Of a stretch of 64,000 nucleotides of DNA, positions 49,410 through 59,224 are shown piece by piece. The notes below the pieces were generated by a model, which did not search any database, was not told where the DNA came from, and saw nothing but the letters and a program-made list of their open reading frames with translations. The stretch lies in NCBI GenBank assembly GCA_040756235.1, contig JBFLZG010000080.1, forward strand, positions 20,892 to 84,891, in the 5' to 3' direction. Both the position numbers and the translations under genes were made by a program. Position 1 is the stretch's first letter. Each line of letters begins with the position of its first letter. This DNA is from a bacterium. Lineage in GTDB: Bacteria; Desulfobacterota; DSWW01.

Positions 49410-51539
49410 ATGCACAAGACTCCCGTCGTGCACCACGCTGCGGCGGTGCGCATGATCGCGCTCGCTGCCCTCCTCGCCGCCTGTTCCTCTTCCTCCTCTT
49501 CCAACTCTTCCCCTCAGTCCGACCCCGACGCCGAGGTCGAGGCCCGGGTGCAGGGTCTCCTGGCTCAGATGACCCTCGAGGAGAAATTCGAGCAGATGGC
49601 GGGCAACGACTCCCTCCTGGACCTCCTCGACTACGGCGCGGGTACGCACGACACGCCCGACAACGTGCGGCTGGGCATCCCGGGACTCAAGTTCACCGAC
49701 GGCCCGCGCGGGGTCATGCTGGGCGAGTCGACCTGCTTCCCGGTGGGGATGGCCAGAGGGGCGGCCTGGGACCCTGACCTGGAGGAGAGGATCGGAATCG
49801 CCATAGGGCGGGAAGCCCGGGCCCGGGGGGCGAACCTCTGCGGAGCGCCCTGCATCAACGTGCTCAGGCACCCGGGGTGGGGACGGGCCCAGGAGACCTA
49901 CGGGGCCGACCCGTACGCCATCGGGGTCCTGGGGTCCGCCCTGGTCAGGGGGCTGCAGCGGAGCGTGATGGCCTGTCCCAAGCACTTCGCCGCGAACAGC
50001 ATCGAGAATACGCGGTTCCATGTCGACGTGACGATGGACGAGCGCACGCTCCGCGAGATCTACCTTCCGCACTTCAGGAGGACCGTGGAGGCGGGTGCCG
50101 CTTCGGTGATGAGCGCCTACAACAAGCTCGACGGGAGCTACTGCAGCGAGAACGAGCACCTGCTCACAGGCATTCTCAAGGAGGATTGGGGCTTCCAAGG
50201 GTTCGTGATCTCCGACTTCCTGCTCGGGGTCCACAGCCCGGAGGCCGTGAACGCGGGCCTGGACGTCGAAATGCCCGTGGCCTTCTTCTTCTCCAAGCCG
50301 GCGCTCTTCCTGTCGGTTCTTTCCGGCTCGGTGCCGGCCTCCGGCATCGACCAGGCGGTCGCCCGGATCCTCAGGCAGAAAGTCAGCTTCGGCCTCCTGG
50401 ACGGGTGGGAGCCGGCCGATCCGGCCTGGGTCGCCTGCCCGGAGCACCGGGAGCTGGCGCGGGAAGCTGCCCGCAAAGGGATCGTCCTGCTCAAGAACGA
50501 GCGCGCCGCGCTCCCGCTCGACCTCCGCGCGGGAGACCGGATCGCGGTCCTGGGCAGGCTTGCCGGCGAAGTGAACCTGGGGGACACCGGAAGCAGCATC
50601 GTCACCCCGCCCTACGCCGTCACGCCCCTGGAGGGGATCCTGCGCCGGGCCCGGCAGTCCTCGATCGAAGTCGACTTCTACGGCGGAAGCGACCCGGCCG
50701 GGATCGAGGCCGCCGCCTCCGGGGCCGATGCGGCCGTGCTGGTGGTCGGGCTCACGAGCGCGGACGAGGGCGAGTTCATCCCGATCTTCGGCTCGAGCGG
50801 CGGCGACCGCGAGTCGCTGGGGCTGGGGCAAGCCCGGGAGGAGCTGGTCCGAGCGGCGACCCGTGCGAACGAGCGGTGCATCGTGGTCCTGGAGGGAGGC
50901 AGCGCCATTGCCGTCGGCTCCTGGATGGATGAGGCCGAGGCAATCGTCATGGCGTGGTACCCGGGAATGGAAGGGGGCCATGCGCTGGCGGAGATCCTGT
51001 TCGGAGACGAAAGCCCCTCGGGCAAGCTTCCCCTTACGTTCCCCCGGTCGGACGATCAGCTCTATCCGTTCGGCTGCGACGCGGACTCCATCGTGTACGA
51101 CTACGATCACGACTACCGGTACTTCGACCGCCAGGGGCTCGCGCCCGCCTTCTGCTTCGGTCACGGCTTGAGCTACACGACGTTCGCGTACAGCCGGCTC
51201 CGGCTGGACCGCAGCCGCGTGTCCTCGCGCGACACGATCGTCCTGCACGCGGACCTGACCAACACCGGCGCCGCTGCCGGCGCAGAAGTCGTCCAGCTCT
51301 ACATCGGCTATCCAGAATCCCGGGTCCTGCGGCCTCTCAGGGAGCTGAAAGGCTTTGCCCGGGTCGAGCTGCAACCGGGCGAGACCCGCACCGTGACGAT
51401 CGAAGTGAGTCCCCGGGACCTGGCCTACTATGATTCCGGGGCAGAGGGCTGGGTCATCGAGAGCACGCGCTACGAGGCCCACCTGGGCGCTTCTTCGCGC
51501 GACCTCCGCCTGAGCGGTGCTGTTGAGATCGTGGATTGA
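49410..51539 (+). CDS. GH3 beta-glucosidase, predicted lipoprotein
   Basis: Lipobox LLAAC followed by a Ser linker; DGPRG, GRAQETYG.DP, KHF, MSAYN, VISDF nucleophile, VLLKN, AWYPG, FGHGLSYT, Fn3-like tail. Confidence 0.92.
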   Translation: MHKTPVVHHAAAVRMIALAALLAACSSSSSSNSSPQSDPDAEVEARVQGLLAQMTLEEKFEQMAGNDSLLDLLDYGAGTHDTPDNVRLGIPGLKFTDGPRGVMLGESTCFPVGMARGAAWDPDLEERIGIAIGREARARGANLCGAPCINVLRHPGWGRAQETYGADPYAIGVLGSALVRGLQRSVMACPKHFAANSIENTRFHVDVTMDERTLREIYLPHFRRTVEAGAASVMSAYNKLDGSYCSENEHLLTGILKEDWGFQGFVISDFLLGVHSPEAVNAGLDVEMPVAFFFSKPALFLSVLSGSVPASGIDQAVARILRQKVSFGLLDGWEPADPAWVACPEHRELAREAARKGIVLLKNERAALPLDLRAGDRIAVLGRLAGEVNLGDTGSSIVTPPYAVTPLEGILRRARQSSIEVDFYGGSDPAGIEAAASGADAAVLVVGLTSADEGEFIPIFGSSGGDRESLGLGQAREELVRAATRANERCIVVLEGGSAIAVGSWMDEAEAIVMAWYPGMEGGHALAEILFGDESPSGKLPLTFPRSDDQLYPFGCDADSIVYDYDHDYRYFDRQGLAPAFCFGHGLSYTTFAYSRLRLDRSRVSSRDTIVLHADLTNTGAAAGAEVVQLYIGYPESRVLRPLRELKGFARVELQPGETRTVTIEVSPRDLAYYDSGAEGWVIESTRYEAHLGASSRDLRLSGAVEIVD

Positions 51540-51750
51540 GCGCAAGCTGGCCTGGGCTGCGGCACTGTTGTCCGGCTGTGTGGCGCTGACGGCGCTGCTT
51601 TCGCCGATCACGGCCACGGCCCAGACCGAGGCGCCGCCCGCCCTGGCCGCCCGCGACCTGCTTCCAGCCGAGCTGCTCTCCGGCACCGATTTCACCGTTG
51701 ACCAGAGCGTTCCGACTCATTCCGGAAGACTCGGAGGCGCGGCCGCATGA
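51517..51750 (+). pseudogene. Probable truncated N-terminal fragment of a secreted protein
   Basis: Signal peptide then EAPPALAARDLLPAELLSG.DF.V, ending abruptly just before a family A repeat. Confidence 0.4.
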
Positions 51751-51755
51751 TTTCC

Positions 51756-51867
51756 GTCCTTCCGGCGAAGGCCGGAATCCAGTCCCTGCGCCCAGTTACC
51801 ACAGCTGATCCTGGTGCACCCTTCTGGATCCCGGCTCCCACGCGCTCCGCAGTTGGGCCGGGATGAC
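51756..51867. repeat. REP-like repeat family A (reverse)
   Basis: gtccttccggcgaaggccggaatccagtccctg...ggatcccggctcccacgcgctccgca..gggccgggatgac. Confidence 0.85.
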
Positions 51868-51957
51868 GAAATATGGCACCGCCAAGCACGGAAGAGGTCG
51901 GTTGCAGAGGCGACCGGCCGGTCGCCCCTGCGAGTGTATTGTCGCGCCCGCAGAGCG

Positions 51958-53400
51958 CTACGGCGCTGCCTCGGCTGCGCCTCCCTCCCCTGCTGCCGCC
52001 AGTCCGTCCGCGAGCAGGACCCAGCCGCCGCCCATGGCCTTGTAGATGTCGACCAGGGACGTGAAGAGCGCGGTGCGTACGGAAGCATAGTTCAGCTCGT
52101 CCGGAAAGAGCTGCTCCTGCGCCTGCAGCACGGTCGAGTACGGAACAAAGCCGCCCTTGTACTGCAGCTGCGCCAGACGGGCATATTCACTGGCTGCCCC
52201 GACCAGCCGCCCCTGGGCCTGGAGCTGCTCGCCGAGCTTGACATGCGCGATGAGCGCGTTCTCCACGTCGGCAAAGGCACTCTGGATGGCGAGCTCATAG
52301 GCGCCGAGCGCAGCCCGGCGCGCCGCCTCGGCCTCTTTGACCTGGCCGTAGATGGCGCCGCCGGCAAAGATCGGTCCGGCGATCGACCCTGCATAGCTCC
52401 AGGTCCGCGCCGCACCCTTGAAGAGGTCCGAAAGCTCTGGGCTCGCATACCCGTAATCGCCGGTCAGGGAAATGGTCGGGAAATAGAGGGCCCGGGCGGC
52501 GCCGATCTGTGCGTTGGCGGCGATCAGGTTCTGCTCGGCCTGGGCCACGTCCGGGCGCCGTTCCAGCAGCTGCGACGGAAGGCCGGAGGGGACCGCCGGC
52601 AGCGCGAGATCGTGAATCGATTTGCCGCGCGCGATCGGGCTGGGATTGCGCCCGAGGAGGATCGACAGGGCGTTCTCCGTCTGCACGATCTGGGTTTCGA
52701 TCTGCGGGATCGTGGCGGCCGCGGTCTCGTAGCGGGTGCGCGCCTGCTGCACGGTCATCATGGAAACCTGGCCGTGCTTGAACTGGACCTCGAAGAGCTG
52801 CACCGCCTCGCCGTAGCTCGCCAGGTTCTTCCGTGCAACGGCCAGCTGTTCGTCGAGCCCGCGCAGCTGGAGATAGCCCGCCGCAACGCCAGCGACCACC
52901 GAGAGGACCGCGCCCCTGCGTCCCTCTTCCGAAGCGAGCAGGCTCGCCCGGGCCGCCTCGGAGAGGCGCCGGACGCGGCCCCACAGGTCGATCTCCCAGC
53001 TCGCGCCGGCAAAGATCTGGTAGGAGCTCTGCGGGTTCTCCATCACCGACTTCAGTAGAGGACTGACATTGGCTTCGCTCGATCGCACCCGGGCCGCGCT
53101 CGCGCCGTAGTTGAGCTGAGGGAACAGGGGCGAGCGGACCTGGGTCAGGACGGCGGCGGCCTGCTCGACGCTGGCGGCCGCGATCTGGACGTTCTGGTTC
53201 CGGGCCAGGGCCTCCGCGATGAGACCGTCGAGCACCGGGTCCTGAAATAACTCCCACCAGGCGGTGTTCGCGGTGTCCTGCGCTTCCTGCGGCTGGTACC
53301 GGAAAGCATCCGGTGCCGGCACGGCAGGCCGCTGGTAGTTGGGGCCGACCTTGCAGCCGACCAGAAGGAGCACGGAGAAAGCCAGCAAGAAGCGTCGCAT
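51958..53400 (-). CDS. Efflux outer-membrane lipoprotein (NodT/OprM family)
   Basis: LLVGC.VGPNY.RP, WW..F.DP.L, SWEIDLWG, LLERRPDV, YKAMGGGW. Confidence 0.93.
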   Translation of the reverse strand: MRRFLLAFSVLLLVGCKVGPNYQRPAVPAPDAFRYQPQEAQDTANTAWWELFQDPVLDGLIAEALARNQNVQIAAASVEQAAAVLTQVRSPLFPQLNYGASAARVRSSEANVSPLLKSVMENPQSSYQIFAGASWEIDLWGRVRRLSEAARASLLASEEGRRGAVLSVVAGVAAGYLQLRGLDEQLAVARKNLASYGEAVQLFEVQFKHGQVSMMTVQQARTRYETAAATIPQIETQIVQTENALSILLGRNPSPIARGKSIHDLALPAVPSGLPSQLLERRPDVAQAEQNLIAANAQIGAARALYFPTISLTGDYGYASPELSDLFKGAARTWSYAGSIAGPIFAGGAIYGQVKEAEAARRAALGAYELAIQSAFADVENALIAHVKLGEQLQAQGRLVGAASEYARLAQLQYKGGFVPYSTVLQAQEQLFPDELNYASVRTALFTSLVDIYKAMGGGWVLLADGLAAAGEGGAAEAAP

Positions 53401-53401
53401 C

Positions 53402-56400
53402 TCAGGTCCCCTCCCTCCCGTCCTTCTTCCCGCCCGGCCCGGCATCCGCGCTCCCCGCGCTGCCGGGAACGTCCGCCCCGGGCGGCAGAGCTTTCCTCTT
53501 CCGCTCCCCCCGTTCGTGCAGCCGGTCGAACAGGTAGAAGAAGAGCGGGACGTAGAGCATGGCGAGCGTCGTCTCGCCGATCATGCCGCCGATGATGCCG
53601 GTGCCGATGGAATGCCGGGCGTTGGCTCCGGCCCCCACGGCCACCGCCAGCGGCAGCACGCCGAAGATGAAGGCGAGCGAAGTCATGAGGATCGGACGCA
53701 GCCGCTCCTCGCCCGCCTGGATGGTCGCGTCCATCACCGACAGCCCCTTCTTGCGCAGCTCCACGGCAAACGTCACCCTGAGGACCGCGTTCTTCGCGCC
53801 CAGCCCGATCAGCACCAGCAGCCCGATCTGGAAGTAGACATCGTTTTCCAGGCCGCGGATCGCGTTCAACACCAGGGCGCCCAGGATGCCGAACGGTACG
53901 GCCGTCATGACGGAACCGGGCAGGGTCCAGGACTCGAACTGGGCAGCCAGGACCAGAAAGACGATGATGAGCCCGAAGGCGAAGGCCGCTGCCGAAGTTC
54001 CCCCCGATTTCTTTTCCTGGTAGGCCATGCCCGACCAGGAAAAATCATAACCCTGGGGAAGGACCTCGCCCGCGACCTCCTCCATCGCATCGATCGCCTC
54101 TCCGGAGCTGTATCCGGAAGCAGGGTTGCCGGTCAGCTGGGCTGCCGGGAAACCGTTGAAGTGCGGGAGCAGGTCCGGGCCGCTGGTGTATTCGGTCCTG
54201 ACCACGGCCGCAAGCGGCACCATCTCACCGCTGTGGGACCGCGTGTACAGCCGGGTGATGTCGGAGGGGTTCTGACGGTACCTGGCGTCGGACTGCAGGA
54301 TGACGTTCCAGACCCGGCTGTACTGGCTGTACTGGCTCACCATGATCGAGCCGAACTGGGCCTGCAGGGCGCTGTACACGTCCTGGACCGGCACGTTCAG
54401 CAGCACTGCCTTGTCACGGTCGACGTCGACCCGCAGCTGCTGGCACGAGGCGCGAAACGTGCTGTTCAGGCCGCTCAGCTCGGGCCGTTCCCGGGCCCTG
54501 GCGAGGAACTGCTGGGTCAGCTCGTACAGCGCCGCCGGGTTGCCCGAGGTCTTGTCCTGGATCCAGAACTCGAACCCTCCGGTGGTGCCGATCCCCGGAA
54601 TGGCGGGAGGCGCAATGGGGATCACCATGCCGGTCTTGATCTCCTGGGCCCCGGCATAGACCGATTTCAACACGGCACGCGGATTCTCCTGCTTGGCCGT
54701 CTGCAAGGACGCGTACCGTTCCTCGAAGTCCTTGAGCGTCACGAAGAAGGTCGCCGTGCTCGTCTTGTACTGGCTGTCGATCAGACTGTAGCCGACGACC
54801 GCCGTCCGGTTCATGACCCCGGGGCTGGCGGCAAACAGCTCGTCCACCCGGACGGCGGTCTCGGCCGTCCGATCCAGGCTGGCCGCGTCCGGCAGGACGA
54901 CCGCGGCCAGCACGTACCCCTGGTCCTCGTTCGGCACGAAGCTCGTGGGGGTGGTGAGGAACAGATGTACGAGCCCCCAGACGAGAAAGGCGAGCAGAAC
55001 GAACGCCACCGCCATGCGCTTGATGATGAGGGTCACGGCGCTTCCGAAGGCCAGGGTCACGCGGTCGACCTGGCGGTTGAACCAGGCGAACGGGCCGCGC
55101 CGCGGCGGGGCCCGGTGCTTGAGCAGCAGGGCGCACATCGCCGGCGTCAAGGTGAGCGCCACGAACCCGGACAGGGCCACCGACAGGACGATGGTGATGG
55201 CGAACTGCTTGTAGAGCTGACCCGTGGTGCCGGGCAGGAAGGCGGCCGGGATGAAAACCGAGGCCATGACCAGCACCACGGCGATCAGCGAGCTGCCGAT
55301 CTCTTCCATGGACTTGATGGTGGCCTCTTTCGGCGCGAGCTGCCCCTTCGCCATGTTGCGTTCGACGTTCTCCACCACCACGATCGCATCGTCGACCACC
55401 ATGCCGATGGCGAGCACGATCCCGAACAGAGTCAGCAGATTGATCGAGAACCCCAGGGCCAGCATGCCGGTGAAGGTCCCGATCAGGGCCACGAAGATCG
55501 CCACCGTACAGATGATGGTGGAACGGACGCTCTGGAGGAAGAGATAGACGACCGCCACCACCAGCAGCACGGCTTCGAGCAGCGTGTGCATGACTTCTTC
55601 GATGGAGAGCCGCACGAAATCGGTCGTATCCAGGGCGATCAGGTACTCGATCCCTTCCGGCATCGTCTTCTTCAGCTCCTCCATGGTCGCGCGGACCGCG
55701 TCCGACACATCGAGGGCGTTCGAGCCGGGCTGCTGATAGACAGCGATGATGCTCGCCGGCGCACCGTTCAGCCGGTTGTCGTTGATGTACTGCTTGCGGC
55801 CGACCTCGGCCCGCGCCACGTCCTTCAGCCGCAGGATGGCGCTGCCGTTCTGGCTGGCACGGAGAATGATGTTTTCGTATTCGAAAGGCTGAACGAACTG
55901 GGGCTGGGTCACGACCGGGAAGGTCTCCTGGACCGTCCCTGCGGTCGGCCGCTGGCCGATCTGGCCGGCGCCGAACAGCGCGTTCTGATAGGCGACAGCC
56001 TGCTGGACGTCCGTCGTGGTGATCCCGAGGGAGGCCATCCGGTCCGGGTCCATCCAGATGCGCATCGCCTGGTCCGCCACGCCGAAGATGCTTGCCTGGC
56101 CGGCGCCGTTGATGCGCTTGATGGCGTCCAGGACGTATACGTTGGAATAGTTGTCCACGTATTCGGGCCGGTAGCGGCCGTCCTTGTTGTACAGGGCGAT
56201 GATCATCAGGATGTTCGAGGACTTCTTCTGTACCGAGACCCCGTTCTGGACCACGGCGTCCGGGAGCAGCGGCTGAGCGAGGTTCACCTTGTTCTGCACC
56301 TGCACCTGCGCCATGTCCGGGTCCGTGTCGAGGGTGAAGTACACGGTCAGGGTGAGCTGGCCGGAGCTGGAGCTGGTCGAGGTCATGTAGAGCATGTTGT

Positions 56401-56620
56401 CGACGCCGTTGATCTGGGCCTCGATCGGGCCGGCCACGGCTTCGGCGACGGTCCTGGAATCGGCGCCGGGGTAGTAAGCCGACACGGTCACCTGCACCGG
56501 CGTGATGGAAGGGTACTGGGCGACGGGAAGGACTTTCATCGACACCAGGCCGGCGATCACGATGATGAGCGAGACGACCGTGGCAAAGATCGGCCGTTCG
56601 ATGAAGAACCTGGAGAACAT
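53402..56620 (-). CDS. RND efflux permease, HAE1 (AcrB/MexB-like)
   Basis: FFIERPIFA, QYPSITP, GMVVDDAIVVVEN, AKNA, RLRPILMTS. Confidence 0.96.
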   Translation of the reverse strand: MFSRFFIERPIFATVVSLIIVIAGLVSMKVLPVAQYPSITPVQVTVSAYYPGADSRTVAEAVAGPIEAQINGVDNMLYMTSTSSSSGQLTLTVYFTLDTDPDMAQVQVQNKVNLAQPLLPDAVVQNGVSVQKKSSNILMIIALYNKDGRYRPEYVDNYSNVYVLDAIKRINGAGQASIFGVADQAMRIWMDPDRMASLGITTTDVQQAVAYQNALFGAGQIGQRPTAGTVQETFPVVTQPQFVQPFEYENIILRASQNGSAILRLKDVARAEVGRKQYINDNRLNGAPASIIAVYQQPGSNALDVSDAVRATMEELKKTMPEGIEYLIALDTTDFVRLSIEEVMHTLLEAVLLVVAVVYLFLQSVRSTIICTVAIFVALIGTFTGMLALGFSINLLTLFGIVLAIGMVVDDAIVVVENVERNMAKGQLAPKEATIKSMEEIGSSLIAVVLVMASVFIPAAFLPGTTGQLYKQFAITIVLSVALSGFVALTLTPAMCALLLKHRAPPRRGPFAWFNRQVDRVTLAFGSAVTLIIKRMAVAFVLLAFLVWGLVHLFLTTPTSFVPNEDQGYVLAAVVLPDAASLDRTAETAVRVDELFAASPGVMNRTAVVGYSLIDSQYKTSTATFFVTLKDFEERYASLQTAKQENPRAVLKSVYAGAQEIKTGMVIPIAPPAIPGIGTTGGFEFWIQDKTSGNPAALYELTQQFLARARERPELSGLNSTFRASCQQLRVDVDRDKAVLLNVPVQDVYSALQAQFGSIMVSQYSQYSRVWNVILQSDARYRQNPSDITRLYTRSHSGEMVPLAAVVRTEYTSGPDLLPHFNGFPAAQLTGNPASGYSSGEAIDAMEEVAGEVLPQGYDFSWSGMAYQEKKSGGTSAAAFAFGLIIVFLVLAAQFESWTLPGSVMTAVPFGILGALVLNAIRGLENDVYFQIGLLVLIGLGAKNAVLRVTFAVELRKKGLSVMDATIQAGEERLRPILMTSLAFIFGVLPLAVAVGAGANARHSIGTGIIGGMIGETTLAMLYVPLFFYLFDRLHERGERKRKALPPGADVPGSAGSADAGPGGKKDGREGT

Positions 56621-56664
56621 GGCTCCGCCCCTTCTCATACAGACGCTAACAAATCTGACGTTTC

Positions 56665-57020
56665 GTCATTCCGGCTGCGGGAGGCTGTATCATAACAGGC
56701 GTCATTCCCGCGCAAGAGGCTGTGTCCGAACCACGGTCAGACCCCTTTTCCGGGTCATTCCGGAGGAGCCTGCGCAGCGGGCGGCATCCGGAATCCGGTC
56801 CTGGCTCCCCGTGATTTCCGGCGGTTGCGGTAGCAGACTTCTGGATCCCGGCTCGCACGCGCTCCGCACCTGGGCCGGGATGACGAAAAACGCGGGCGCA
56901 GCAGACAGCGCCCCTACAACGCTCCGAGATCTCGCTGTACCGTAATCTGTAGGTGCGCATGATCATTCGCCCCTACCGGATCCCGGCTCCCGTGCGCTTC
57001 GCAGTAGAACCGGGATGACG
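56665..57020. repeat. Composite cluster of family A and GTAG-type repeats inside the RND operon
   Basis: Three gtcattcc starts, ggatcccggctc twice, gggatgac twice, cgcccctac twice. Confidence 0.75.
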
Positions 57021-57062
57021 ATACGCCCGTTTCCAGGGTTCGACGTGCCCGCCCGAGGAGGA

Positions 57063-58292
57063 TCATGGGGTCGGACCTTCAGCTCCAGCCTTTCCATCGC
57101 CGTCCGGCGGCGGCTCCCCGCCCGCCGGTGCGGACCCCTGCCCGCCCTCGACCGGCGCTACTTTGACTTGGGCGCCCGGGCGCAGGGTCAGCCCGCCATC
57201 CACCACGATCTGCTCTCCTGCCTGCAGGCCCTCATTGATGAACCAGTCGTCTCCGTTCCATTCGCCGACCGCCACAGGCCGGGGCTCGACCGTGCCGTTG
57301 CGGCTCACCACCCAGACGAAGTGACCCTTCGCCCCCATCTGCACGGACCTCTGCGGAACCAGGATGGCGTTCGGCCGGACCGCACCCTTCAACCGGACGC
57401 GCACGTACTGGTTCGGACGCAGAATGCCGTCCGGGTTGTCGACGCTCGCCCGCACCAGGAACGTTCCGGACTGCGAGTCGTACATCGGTTCGGCAAAGGT
57501 GATGCGCCCGGTGTGCGGGAAGATGGTCCCGTCCAGCAGAATGATTTCCACCACGAATGCGTGATGTTCGGGCGTCTCCAGCAATCCTCTGGTGATCAGG
57601 GTGCGGAATTTCTGTATCTCGTTTTCCGACAGGCTGAAGTTCACCCAGATCGGCGAAAGCACCATGACGGTGGAGAGCTGGCTGTTCTGCGGGCTGATGT
57701 ACGTGCCGTCCTGCTGCAGGGCGGCTCCCGTGACGCCTGCGACCGGGGAAGTGACGGTGCAGTAGGAAAGATTGAGCCTGGCCGACTCGACCTGTGCCTT
57801 CGCCTGCTCGACCCCGGCCGCCGCGGAATGGAACTGGCCGCTCGCGTCATCCAGGTCCTTCTGCGACAACGCGTTCAGCTCCGTGAGCGGCCTGGTGCGC
57901 GCCAGGTTGGCACGCGCCACTTCGTAAGCCGCCGTCTGTTTGGCCAGCGCCGCCTCGGCCTGGTCGAGCTGCGCCTGGAACGGCTTCGGGTCGATCAGGA
58001 AGAGGACCTCGCCCTCCTTCACCACGGCGCCTTCCGTGTAGACCCGCCGGTCCAGAAAGCCGCTGACCCGAGCGTAGATGTTGACCAACCGTGAGCTCTG
58101 GGTTTGTGCGACGTACTCGGTGCTGACCGGCACGTTCTTGGATTGCACCGTGGTCGTCACGACCTCGGGGATCTTCGGCGGCGCCGGAGGCTCCTTGTGG
58201 TGGCAAGCCGCGAGCAGAACGGCGGCAGTCAACGCCACGGAGACGGTGAACGGCACGGGTGCCCGAGATACGAACCTGCTGAACGATTGCAT
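57063..58292 (-). CDS. RND membrane fusion (periplasmic adaptor) lipoprotein
   Basis: LLAAC lipobox, IYARVSG, EG..VKEG..LF.ID, NLSY..V.SP..G, ILVPQ, GLQAGE. Confidence 0.93.
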   Translation of the reverse strand: MQSFSRFVSRAPVPFTVSVALTAAVLLAACHHKEPPAPPKIPEVVTTTVQSKNVPVSTEYVAQTQSSRLVNIYARVSGFLDRRVYTEGAVVKEGEVLFLIDPKPFQAQLDQAEAALAKQTAAYEVARANLARTRPLTELNALSQKDLDDASGQFHSAAAGVEQAKAQVESARLNLSYCTVTSPVAGVTGAALQQDGTYISPQNSQLSTVMVLSPIWVNFSLSENEIQKFRTLITRGLLETPEHHAFVVEIILLDGTIFPHTGRITFAEPMYDSQSGTFLVRASVDNPDGILRPNQYVRVRLKGAVRPNAILVPQRSVQMGAKGHFVWVVSRNGTVEPRPVAVGEWNGDDWFINEGLQAGEQIVVDGGLTLRPGAQVKVAPVEGGQGSAPAGGEPPPDGDGKAGAEGPTP

Positions 58293-58329
58293 GGCACGCC
58301 TCACGGAGATCGATTTGCCTACAAATAGG

Positions 58330-58519
58330 TAGAGGCTGTCCCAAAACGCCCATCTGCGGCGTTGCACTCGTGGGGCAGGAGGCGGGGGGAGCCTGCCCCG
58401 GCGCAGGCCGGGGTCCAACGTTACTCCCATGTACGCCTCGTTCCTCAGGACTTCGTGCGCCTTGCATCTGGGCATTTTTGAACAGCCTCTGAAATCGAGC
58501 CTGTTGGGACAGGCTCTAG
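58330..58519. mobile_element. MITE-like family B copy (reverse) with nested family A half-palindrome and an extra terminal module
   Basis: tagaggctgtcccaaaacgcccatctgcggcgttgc...catttttgaacagcctc + atcgagcctgttgggacaggctctag. Confidence 0.8.
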
Positions 58520-58543
58520 GTATTGCGGATCCCGGTGCTCAGC

Positions 58544-59224
58544 TCATTCCGGCGCAGGCTCGAACCCCGGGCGCGGCGCCGAAGCGGCCGCCTGGGAGCG
58601 CGCCTGACAGATGGCGGCGGCGATCTCGAGGCTCAGCTCCCCGAGGGCCTCGCTCAGGGCGGCCACCGAGCCCGCGGTATCGGCCGCGCGTGCCGGCCGG
58701 GTCAATGCCATCCTGCGGCTGAGCAGGACATCCCGGGTCCGGCCGTCCTTCAGGACCCAGCGGGCTGCAAGCCCCGCCGCGTGATCGGCTTTGCACTCGA
58801 AGCGCTCCACGTCGACCTGGACTTCGTAGTCGAGGCCGGAGGCGCGCACGGGATGCCGGACCATTCGACTCGCCCGCAGGAGCGCGGCCAGGTTCTCTGC
58901 GAGTACGCGGCCGAAGCTCTCCGCGAGCGGCTCGGCCCACCGGTCGCTGGCGGCGACCTCGATCCGGTTCGGGGACGGCCGGGTCACCATCTGGTCCCGA
59001 TCCAGGTAGGCCGGCAGCCGGACCGGCGCGAGGCCGATGGAAAGGCCGGTGCAGGGGGTCGGATCGAGCCGACCGGCCTCGCTCCCCCCCGACCCGGACA
59101 GGGGCGCCAGCAGGTAGTAGCAGGTCGCATCGGGCTTCGGCCGCAGCATGGGGGAACATCCTGCCTGGAGCAGGCAGGCGGCGATCAGAAGGGCCCCGGT
59201 CGTACGCCGAACACGGTTGCTCAT
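58544..59224 (-). CDS. PqiC-like ABC transport auxiliary lipoprotein
   Basis: QAGC lipobox, YYLL, V.LPAYLDR..MV, RWAEPL. Confidence 0.85.
   Translation of the reverse strand: MSNRVRRTTGALLIAACLLQAGCSPMLRPKPDATCYYLLAPLSGSGGSEAGRLDPTPCTGLSIGLAPVRLPAYLDRDQMVTRPSPNRIEVAASDRWAEPLAESFGRVLAENLAALLRASRMVRHPVRASGLDYEVQVDVERFECKADHAAGLAARWVLKDGRTRDVLLSRRMALTRPARAADTAGSVAALSEALGELSLEIAAAICQARSQAAASAPRPGFEPAPE

Noticed and set aside
53339..56695. 1118-aa plus-strand ORF, and similar ones at 33810-36473, 25497-27647, 17129-19393 and 49356-51695
   Set aside because: Antisense to clearly recognisable genes (RND, GH94, acs, CoA transferase, GH3).
2578..57020. Recurrent palindromes considered as a CRISPR array or attC cassette array
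   Set aside because: They are dispersed, not regularly spaced with unique spacers, and no cas or integron integrase gene is present.
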